From Patescibacteria group bacterium (GTDB taxonomy: Bacteria > Patescibacteriota > WWE3 > UBA101185 > 2-01-FULL-41-18): a stretch of 64,000 bases of DNA. The stretch is from positions 9,992-73,991 of the forward strand of contig JBBTST010000002.1 in the NCBI GenBank assembly GCA_038064575.1, written 5' to 3'. Position 1 is the stretch's first letter, and the number at the start of each line of letters is the position of its first letter. Position numbers and translations under genes: made by a program. Below, one piece after another: positions 45,876 to 53,507 of this stretch. The notes beneath the pieces were generated by a model. That model was given only the letters and a program-made list of their open reading frames with translations. It was not told where the DNA came from and ran no database searches.

Positions 45876-46676
45876 ATGGACGTAATGTCTGTTAATAAAC
45901 TCATCCCATTTTTTATTTTGCTTATTCTTATTGCAGGTGGGGCTTACTTTTATATTGTAGCCAAATCTCCAAACACACAAGTTAGAAGAGTTGATCTTGA
46001 TTCTAAATTGAATCTTGAAGTTGATGAGGAAAAAGACCTTAATTTAGTTATTAGTACTGACCAAACATACACTACAGCGTCAAAAAATTTTGATGTTAAA
46101 GAGACTTGGGTTGATAATACTCTTAATTTAACTATCCTAGGTTTTAAGGCAAGCTCAATTGGTTTAGATGTGATGACTAGACCAAGTTATAGAATACTTA
46201 TTCCCAGAGATAAGAAAGAAGTGGAATTAAATATTTTTTATAAGAAGTTGAAAGCAACGTACAAAGTGACAATTTCTGAAACTAAAGTTGTTATTGAACC
46301 TTTATGGGAGGCGGATTTTATAAGTCCCAAAAATTTGGTGTATTTAAGATCTCCGGAAGGAGTGGTAAGAATAGCAATGTTTTCAGACAGCAAACTCTAT
46401 ACAAGTAAAGACAGTGAGAACTTGTGGAAGGAACTAAGTCAATATCTTACCTCATATGGATGTAGCCCTTACGCCTTGGACGATAGTGCTTATACCAGCG
46501 CCTGGTTTTTTTTAAAAAACCCTGAAATAAAGCATTTTATATGTGCAGAGGACTTTAGGTATTACCCAAACCCTTTTGATGCTTTCTCTAGTAAACATTG
46601 TACGGAAAAGGAATCCACATGTCCTGTAATTACAAAGACTTTCTTTTCTGATAAGGTTAAGGAGATAGGTAAATAA
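45876..46676 (+). CDS. Hypothetical membrane-anchored or secreted protein
   Basis: N-terminal TM or signal anchor (LIPFFILLILIAGGAYFYIV) followed by a hydrophilic domain with several Cys residues. Confidence 0.45.
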   Translation: MDVMSVNKLIPFFILLILIAGGAYFYIVAKSPNTQVRRVDLDSKLNLEVDEEKDLNLVISTDQTYTTASKNFDVKETWVDNTLNLTILGFKASSIGLDVMTRPSYRILIPRDKKEVELNIFYKKLKATYKVTISETKVVIEPLWEADFISPKNLVYLRSPEGVVRIAMFSDSKLYTSKDSENLWKELSQYLTSYGCSPYALDDSAYTSAWFFLKNPEIKHFICAEDFRYYPNPFDAFSSKHCTEKESTCPVITKTFFSDKVKEIGK

Positions 46677-46688
46677 TAATTAATCTAG

Positions 46689-47309
46689 CTACTTGTTATA
46701 CCTTCTTATAATGCCTGTCACAACACCTTCAATCTTAACGTCTTTGGCAAAAATCGGTTGCATATTTGGATTTGCCGGTTGTAGCCTGATTGTATCCTTT
46801 TCTTTGTAATACTTTTTAAGTGTTGCAAACTCATTATCTATTAAAGCAACAACAATCTCCCCATTATTTGCCGTGGCTTGTTGAGCTATTACAACATAAT
46901 CACCGTCTAAAATACCTTCATCTATCATGGAGTCGCCTTTTACCTGCAGTACAAAGCAGCGTTTGACCTTGGAAACAAGGTCTGCGTTGACCATGATGGT
47001 TTCTGTGGGATTTTCAATGGCATCAATCGGCCTTCCCGCTGCAATGAAGCCAATAAGAGGGAGCTCGACGCCCTGTAGGGTAGTGGCTATTTTCTGATCC
47101 AGTACTTCAATTCCCCTCACAGCACCCTCAAAGCGGTTAATGACGCCTTTTTTGACTAGGGCTTGCAAGTGTTCGTGGACGGTTGCAAGGGAGGATAAGC
47201 CCATGGCGTTGGCAATTTCTTGAAGGGTAGGGGAATAGCCGGTTTTCTGGATGTATTGGGAGATATAGTCAAGGATAAGTTTTTGCTTTTTGTATAGTGT
47301 TATTGGCAT
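46689..47309 (-). CDS. lexA: LexA repressor (S24 peptidase)
   Basis: N-terminal wHTH (TLQEIANAMGLSSLATVHEHLQALVKKG), an A-G cleavage site (FIAAGRPID), and an S24 Ser/Lys dyad (VKGDSMIDEGILDGDYVVI…K). The start is taken as MPITLYKK (47309). Confidence 0.85.
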   Translation of the reverse strand: MPITLYKKQKLILDYISQYIQKTGYSPTLQEIANAMGLSSLATVHEHLQALVKKGVINRFEGAVRGIEVLDQKIATTLQGVELPLIGFIAAGRPIDAIENPTETIMVNADLVSKVKRCFVLQVKGDSMIDEGILDGDYVVIAQQATANNGEIVVALIDNEFATLKKYYKEKDTIRLQPANPNMQPIFAKDVKIEGVVTGIIRRYNK

Positions 47310-47418
47310 AAGACTACTATACCGAAATAAACCCAAACATGTCAATACTTCTTTGGACTTTTTAGGGTTTTTGTGCTAGCATGCATTGCAATTTCAAGAA
47401 TAGAAAGGAAAGGGAAAG

Positions 47419-47631
47419 ATGGACGGAGTGAATAAGGCTCTGGAGATCACTGCGCTTTTCAGCGTAGCCATGGGTATCGGGTTGATCCTATACCCATGGG
47501 TCACCCAGCCTGGACCAGTTGCGAACCCGGGCGTCACGGCCACATTTGCGGTTGTTGGCATTGCATTCCTCGTAGGAACCCTTCTAATCGGTATTGTAGG
47601 GATTCTAAGAGTGGGACTTATCCGTAAATAG
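47419..47631 (+). CDS. Small two-TM membrane protein (70 aa) in a GC-rich island; coding status uncertain
   Basis: The protein is hydrophobic (ITALFSVAMGIGLILYPW…FAVVGIAFLVGTLLIGIVGIL). The locus is about 50% GC and is followed by about 200 nt of GC-rich non-coding sequence ending in a terminator. The opposite-strand ORF (47394..47714) looks like junk. Confidence 0.4.
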   Translation: MDGVNKALEITALFSVAMGIGLILYPWVTQPGPVANPGVTATFAVVGIAFLVGTLLIGIVGILRVGLIRK

Positions 47632-47795
47632 CGCCTCACTGGGCTGTTTTGTAGCAAACTCACAACCACCCAAAGACAAGCGGATAAGAGGCACATAACG
47701 AGGGGTGTCCTCAATCAGACGGAAGCCTTGAGGAACTCATCGAACAAACCCTTGAAGTTGGTCTCGGGAGTGGGTATTGACACCAAACCGGGGAT

Positions 47796-47835
47796 GGGCG
47801 TTTATGCAGAAATGTATGAACGCCCTATTTTATTA
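47796..47835 (+). terminator. Putative intrinsic terminator closing the GC-rich island
   Basis: gggcgtt-(16 nt loop)-aacgccc followed by tattttatta. Confidence 0.4.
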
Positions 47836-47914
47836 CTTTACCTACAACAAAAACCACCAATTATAACCTATAGCTTGACTACGCAATCAATAATATGCTA
47901 ATATCAATCAACTT

Positions 47915-49144
47915 ATGTATAAAAACTGGGATCAACAGAAGAAGACTTTGCTTGATGTGATAGCAAAAGGTGAATGCGCTACTATACAAATTGTTGGCGG
48001 AACAAACTATTCCATCTTCTTTAGAAACATGCATTCTGACTTAATCCTTAAAAAAAGTATACTTCCAGTGTTTGTTGATTTGAACCACCTTTCTTATGTA
48101 AATTTGAGAAATATTCAAAACCTGGTTATTACAGGTTTTAGAAGGGCCTTAAATGAGAAGAGATACCCTTCTAGAGTAGAGTCAAACATTACCCCTCAAT
48201 CTGATTTGGCTCATAAAATTGAACAGTATTTAGAGGAGGCTTCATTAAGAAACCTTACGCCTGTAGTATTTATGGAAGATCTAGATGTGATTTTGAGCCT
48301 TGGAACTGAAGCTTTTGCGTACTTTGAAAGTCTTAGAAGGCTTTACAAAAAATGCTCATTTTTATATTTGTCAAAAACAAACTTGTCCCATCCGGACAAT
48401 GTTAAAAAATACAGGTTGGCTCCACACCTTTATGAAAATGTCATTTACATGCCTATAAAAGATGAAAGGTATCTAAAATCATTAGAAAAGGGCACTTCTC
48501 CTAAAACCTTCAAAAGAATATATTCTCTTACAGGAGGTATTGATTCTTTTTTTTCAGTAGCTATGGATCTTAAGAACAATCTTGTGCCCAGAGAAAGGAA
48601 AAATATTGAAAAACATATTATCAGTAATTGGCACTTAAGAAGTGAAGTTCATAAACTTTGGGACAGCTTAAGTCAAAGTGAGATTAAGGTTTTATGCCAT
48701 ATTGTTTGGGGAGTGAATGAGTTTGAGAAAGAGCTTGAGTATGATTTTAAGCACCTGCTAAATCTTGGAATAGTAGAAAAACATAGAAACGGTTTTAGGA
48801 TAGTTATTGGTTTGCTTAGGCTGGTTGGAGTTGAAAAAATTAATAAGTATGGTCTTACAGTTGAATTTAATAAAGATAAGTTTTTGGTGAATGGTACCAG
48901 CATTTCCTTGAACCTCTCTGATCCTGAGAGAAAGGTGCTAAAGCAATTTGTAACAAACAAGAATAAAATAGTGGCAAGAGGAGATATTGTTAAATCTATA
49001 AATAGCAGGGCAAAATCAAAAAACGGAGAGAGTATTGTAGAGCAAACTGTTTCTAGACTTAAAAATAAATTATCCGATGTTTGGATCAATCCTAACAATT
49101 TGGTTTCAGTTGAAGGTAGAGGTTTTATTTATAGGGAAGCCTAA
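47915..49144 (+). CDS. OmpR/PhoB-type winged-helix DNA-binding protein with an N-terminal degenerate NTPase-like domain
   Basis: The C-terminal LSDPERKVLKQFVTNKNKIVARGDIVKSI…ESIVEQTVSRLKNKLSD…LVSVEGRGFIYRE matches the trans_reg_C winged-helix pattern. The N-terminus has a P-loop-like IVGGTNYS and a Walker-B-like VVFMEDLD, but no canonical GKT. Confidence 0.55.
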   Translation: MYKNWDQQKKTLLDVIAKGECATIQIVGGTNYSIFFRNMHSDLILKKSILPVFVDLNHLSYVNLRNIQNLVITGFRRALNEKRYPSRVESNITPQSDLAHKIEQYLEEASLRNLTPVVFMEDLDVILSLGTEAFAYFESLRRLYKKCSFLYLSKTNLSHPDNVKKYRLAPHLYENVIYMPIKDERYLKSLEKGTSPKTFKRIYSLTGGIDSFFSVAMDLKNNLVPRERKNIEKHIISNWHLRSEVHKLWDSLSQSEIKVLCHIVWGVNEFEKELEYDFKHLLNLGIVEKHRNGFRIVIGLLRLVGVEKINKYGLTVEFNKDKFLVNGTSISLNLSDPERKVLKQFVTNKNKIVARGDIVKSINSRAKSKNGESIVEQTVSRLKNKLSDVWINPNNLVSVEGRGFIYREA

Positions 49145-51217
49145 TAAGTAAACTTTTGACATTGCCCTTGAAATGGCTACAAAGCTTTTAAATGCTCCTT
49201 CTATCTTGTCCTTCAGTTCCAAAGCATTAATGTTCAAGAAAAAAACGCTATCAAACTCAAGACCCTTGACTAAGTTTAAGGGTACCACATAAACGCTATC
49301 TTTTTTAAAGTTATCAAAGAACTGAGTTATTAACTCATGCTCAAGATTTGGGTTTTTAAGCTTTTTGGTCACAGACTCAGCATCTAAGTCATTTGTCAGT
49401 ATAATTCCTATTGATTTAAGCTCTTTTGCCCTGATACTTTTGATTTCTTTGGTAATATACTCTAAAGCTTCATTTAAATTTTTGAACTGTTGCTCAGTTG
49501 GTATGAGTCCATCTCTTGAAACGGGTTGAGGTAAATTTTGAGTTATCCCAGCTTTGATAAGTTCTTTTTTAGCTCTATCTATTATCTGCCTTGTAGATCT
49601 GAAACTGATTTGAAGATTGAAAGTCTTTGTTGAATCTGAAAATATTTCTATAACCTCACTCCAGTCTTTTATAGCTGTTTTTTTTGAAATGGATTGATTT
49701 AGATCGCCAAAAAAGTTGAAGCAGTTTTTGGTGGAGAAGGTTTTAACACACATATAGGAAAGAGAGTTAAGATCTTGTGCTTCATCTAAGAGTACCAAAT
49801 TATAGTCTTCACGATTTGGTAAAAAGCCTAGTTTATAACATACAAGATAAATGGCACTTAGATGATTTTCATCATAAGTATTGGGTTCAAAATTAAAATT
49901 TTGTTTCAGGAAGCTTAAATATTTTTCTTCTAGCTTAAAATCCCCTAAAAATGAAATTATGTTTTTTTCAAGGTAACCTAATGTCCTGACTCTTCTTTCA
50001 AGGTAGTCGCTTTTGCCCTCATATCTGATTTCTTTTTTTACTTCTCTTAGCTCCTCTTTTACTTCTGTTAAGAGAATTAAAATTTTGTCAAATATTGGTC
50101 TTTGGCTAAACCGGTCATAAATTCTAATTATATTTTTAAATTCTAAAGAATCCCTATCTGCCAAAATAGTGATTTCAAAATTGATTTTTGCATCTTGGGA
50201 TAACTTTAGAATAAACTGTTCCAGGCATTTTAAAAAATAATGAATATCATAAAATATGATATCTTTAGTCAGCTGAGCACTTATTTTTTTTTGCAGTTTT
50301 ATCTTATTCTGATCAAGAAGTTCTTTCAGATATTCCAACAAACTGGCCTTTTTAATGTTATATATATCAAGTTCAGGTAAGCTTTTTGACAAATAATTAA
50401 TGAGTACTTTGGATGTTGAGAGGAATAAAGTTTCAGAAGGTAAAATTTTGTCTTTAAAATTATAAAAAATATAAGAAATTCTGTGTATTGCAATAGTTGT
50501 TTTTCCGCTGCCGGCTACCCCTTGAACCAAGATATTTTCAAACGGGGAGTGTCTTATAATTTTGTTTTGATCCGACTGAATTGTTTCTATTATGTCCTCA
50601 AGCCCACCTCCTTTTTTGGCTTCAAGTTTAGACAGCAGGAATGCGTCCTTGCTAATGTTATCAATTAAGCTGTCATCATAAATGTTAATTATTTTTTGAT
50701 TTTCTACTTCTATGGTACGCCTAATGTCTAAGTCACAGTTTAAGGTTTCATCTTTATCAAGTGCGTTAAAAGCCGTTCTGTCAAAGCTTACATGCTTTGT
50801 TGCAAACGCGAAGTTATAGTAAAGGGAGGCAATTGGGGCTCTCCAATCTGTTATGCCAAGATTCTTTTTGTACCCGGAAAAACCCATTTTTCCTATGTAG
50901 TGTGTTTCTGTTGAATTGTCTTTATAAAGGTGTACATCAATTCTTGAAAAGTAAGGGTTATGCAGAATTTTTGTGAGTTTTTCCAGGTATTCTTTTCTTT
51001 GCCTGTAGCCTTTTCTCCCCATTGCTTTGATAGCAATGCCCATGGACTCAATAACATCATCTCTTTTTTTTTCTTGTGAGGCTTCTTTTATGTCTTCTTC
51101 ATACCTTTTGTACAAGTTGGATAGAGCAGTTTCTTCACTTTCAATAAAGCCATTTAGCTCTTGTAACCGCTCTATTAAAGCTTCATTTTCCACTTTGTAA
51201 ATTTCATCTTTGCTCAT
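49106..51217 (-). CDS. helD: UvrD-family helicase, HelD-like (DNA helicase IV-type)
   Basis: HelD signature NPYFSRIDVH…YIGKMGF…ITDWRAPIASLYYN, Walker A GVAGSGKTT, LLDEAQDLN, and a C-terminal KGLEFDSVFFL. Confidence 0.7.
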   Translation of the reverse strand: MSKDEIYKVENEALIERLQELNGFIESEETALSNLYKRYEEDIKEASQEKKRDDVIESMGIAIKAMGRKGYRQRKEYLEKLTKILHNPYFSRIDVHLYKDNSTETHYIGKMGFSGYKKNLGITDWRAPIASLYYNFAFATKHVSFDRTAFNALDKDETLNCDLDIRRTIEVENQKIINIYDDSLIDNISKDAFLLSKLEAKKGGGLEDIIETIQSDQNKIIRHSPFENILVQGVAGSGKTTIAIHRISYIFYNFKDKILPSETLFLSTSKVLINYLSKSLPELDIYNIKKASLLEYLKELLDQNKIKLQKKISAQLTKDIIFYDIHYFLKCLEQFILKLSQDAKINFEITILADRDSLEFKNIIRIYDRFSQRPIFDKILILLTEVKEELREVKKEIRYEGKSDYLERRVRTLGYLEKNIISFLGDFKLEEKYLSFLKQNFNFEPNTYDENHLSAIYLVCYKLGFLPNREDYNLVLLDEAQDLNSLSYMCVKTFSTKNCFNFFGDLNQSISKKTAIKDWSEVIEIFSDSTKTFNLQISFRSTRQIIDRAKKELIKAGITQNLPQPVSRDGLIPTEQQFKNLNEALEYITKEIKSIRAKELKSIGIILTNDLDAESVTKKLKNPNLEHELITQFFDNFKKDSVYVVPLNLVKGLEFDSVFFLNINALELKDKIEGAFKSFVAISRAMSKVYLLGFPINKTSTFN

Positions 51218-51348
51218 AGGTAAATTTTAAGTTTATTTGTTCAAATGACAAGTCTATCTTGATTTGCTGTGTTACAATATGATCGCAGCGTGTACTTATG
51301 GGAAAAGGCTCCTCTTTTTTTCTTTTTTATTCCTGGTAAACTTCCAAT

Positions 51349-53421
51349 ATGTTTGTGTTATCTTCGGATTTTAAGCCTACGGGAGATCAACCCAAAGCAA
51401 TTGAGGCTCTAACCAAGTGGTATTTGGAGGGTGTATCAAATTCCGTTCTTCTTGGAACAACCGGATCAGGCAAGACTTTTTCAGTGGCCAATTTGATCCA
51501 AAATGTTCAGAAGCCAACGCTTATTATTTCTCACAATAAAACATTGGCGGCGCAGCTTTACCAGGAGTTCAGGGATTTTTTTCCTGACAACGCTGTTGAG
51601 TATTTTGTGAGTTATTATGATTATTATCAGCCTGAAAGTTATATTCCACAGACGGATACTTATATTGAGAAAGATGCGGATATTAACGAGGAGATTGATA
51701 AGTTAAGACTGTCTGCAACAAATTCTTTAATTACCAGAAAAGATGTAATAGTTGTGTCTTCAGTATCATGTATCTATAACATAGGCTCACCAACTGAGTA
51801 TTCCAAAGCTATGCTTGAACTTAGAGTGGGTATGAAAATTCGTACAGTAGATATGCAAAAAAGGCTATCTCAGATTTATTATGAAAGGTCAGATTTTGAT
51901 TTTAAAAGAGGAACATACAGAGTTAGAGGAGAAAATGTTGATGTGTACCCGGCTTATGATGATTTTTGTGTGAGACTTACAGTTCTTGATGATAAGCTTA
52001 CAGATATTGGCTATTTTGATCCGTTGACAGGAAATGAGATTAGAGTTGTAGACCAACCGTTTGAAAGACAGGGAAGTTCTATGAGGGCTCTAACACAAGA
52101 TGAAAAAGACTATCTGGTTCATAGATATAGAGATAAAAGTTTTACAATAATATTTCCCGCCAAACACTACATTACTGCTGAGGATAGAAGGGAAGGTGCA
52201 ATTAAACAAATTGAAGCCGAGTTAGTTGAGAGGCTAAAGGAGTTAAGGTCACAGGAAAGAAATATTGAGGCCTACAGACTAGAACAAAGAACCAATTATG
52301 ACCTTGAAATGATTAAAGAAATTGGATATTGCAAAGGAATAGAGAATTATTCAATCTATTTTGATGGAAGAGAGCGGGGGAGCACACCTAATACACTCAT
52401 TGACTTTTTTCCAAAAGACTACCTTTTGATAATTGATGAGTCACATATAACGGTTCCTCAGGTAAGAGGAATGTATAACGGTGACAGATCAAGGAAGGAG
52501 ACTTTAATTGAACATGGGTTTAGACTGCCTTCAGCGCTTGATAACAGACCACTCAAATTTGATGAGTTCTTGAGAAAAACTAAGCAGGTGGTTTATACCA
52601 GTGCTACGCCTTCCGCTTGGGAATTATCTTTATCTGAAGGCCATATTGCACAGCAGTTGATAAGGCCTACAGGGATTATGGATCCCAAAATAACTGTTCT
52701 TCCCACAAAAGGGCAGATTGAAGACTTGCTTAAAAGAATTAAGCTACGTGTTTCCCGTAAAGAGCGTACTTTGGTTACAACTTTAACAAAGAGAATGGCT
52801 GAAGAATTAGCCTCCTACTTACTTGAAACGGGGTTGAAGGCAACTTACTTACACTCTGATATTGAAACCCTTGAGAGGACGGATATTCTTGATAGCCTAA
52901 GAAGAGGAGATTATGACGTGCTAATAGGAATAAATCTTCTAAGGGAGGGATTGGATCTTCCTGAGGTTTCATTGGTTGCCATAATGGATGCGGATAAGGA
53001 GGGCTTCCTGCGATCCGATACATCTCTTATACAAACTATGGGAAGAGCAGCTCGTCACATAATGGGAGAGGTAATCATGTATGCAGATAATGTAACGGGA
53101 AGTATGCAACGCGCCATTTTTGAGGTTGAAAGGAGAAGAGAAATTCAAGATGCCTATAATCAGGAACATGGTATTGTGCCCTCTGCAATTCATAAACCAA
53201 TAAGAAAAAGACTTGTAGATATTGTGCTGGAAGAATCTGAAGATTTAGGGAAGAGGAAAATTGAAGAGACAGATTATGCATTCCTATCTCCGAGCGTGTT
53301 AAGAAAAGAGATAAAAAGGCTTGAGCTTGAGATGAAATATCAAGCGGACAATTTAAACTTTGAGGATGCTGCAAAACTGAGAGATGAAATTAAAAAAATC
53401 AGAAAGTATTTAATTCATTGA
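51349..53421 (+). CDS. uvrB: Excinuclease ABC subunit B
   Basis: DFKPTGDQPKAIEALTKW…LLGTTGSGKTFSVANLIQ, helicase motifs, and a C-terminal UVR domain (FEDAAKLRDEIKKIRK). Confidence 0.9.
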   Translation: MFVLSSDFKPTGDQPKAIEALTKWYLEGVSNSVLLGTTGSGKTFSVANLIQNVQKPTLIISHNKTLAAQLYQEFRDFFPDNAVEYFVSYYDYYQPESYIPQTDTYIEKDADINEEIDKLRLSATNSLITRKDVIVVSSVSCIYNIGSPTEYSKAMLELRVGMKIRTVDMQKRLSQIYYERSDFDFKRGTYRVRGENVDVYPAYDDFCVRLTVLDDKLTDIGYFDPLTGNEIRVVDQPFERQGSSMRALTQDEKDYLVHRYRDKSFTIIFPAKHYITAEDRREGAIKQIEAELVERLKELRSQERNIEAYRLEQRTNYDLEMIKEIGYCKGIENYSIYFDGRERGSTPNTLIDFFPKDYLLIIDESHITVPQVRGMYNGDRSRKETLIEHGFRLPSALDNRPLKFDEFLRKTKQVVYTSATPSAWELSLSEGHIAQQLIRPTGIMDPKITVLPTKGQIEDLLKRIKLRVSRKERTLVTTLTKRMAEELASYLLETGLKATYLHSDIETLERTDILDSLRRGDYDVLIGINLLREGLDLPEVSLVAIMDADKEGFLRSDTSLIQTMGRAARHIMGEVIMYADNVTGSMQRAIFEVERRREIQDAYNQEHGIVPSAIHKPIRKRLVDIVLEESEDLGKRKIEETDYAFLSPSVLRKEIKRLELEMKYQADNLNFEDAAKLRDEIKKIRKYLIH

Positions 53422-53507
53422 CCTTGGCCTTTCAAAAAAATATAATCGCATCAAGTTCAATCCAATTATAGAAACTGAAAAGTGATTTTCCTGCCTGCTT
53501 TTAAGAT

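Noticed and set aside
47394-47714. Minus-strand 106 aa ORF across the GC-rich island
   Set aside because: The translation is Pro/Arg/Thr-rich junk typical of an antisense frame in GC-rich DNA. The + strand 70 aa two-TM ORF, or a non-coding RNA, is more plausible.
47400-47835. Possibility that the GC-rich island is SRP RNA, RNase P RNA or tmRNA
   Set aside because: No match by eye to the conserved boxes of these RNAs (SRP domain IV GGAAGCAGCC-like, RNase P P4 AGGAAAGUCCGG, tmRNA 3' tRNA-like end), so it is not called as a known RNA. It is left as an open candidate in the findings.
51218-51348. Search for an E. coli-type (CTGT-N8-ACAG) or Bacillus-type (CGAAC-N4-GTTCG) LexA box between helD and uvrB
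   Set aside because: Neither consensus is present. Only TACAAT-like -10 hexamers were seen, which are also present upstream of uvrC. No conclusion can be drawn without motif discovery across genomes.
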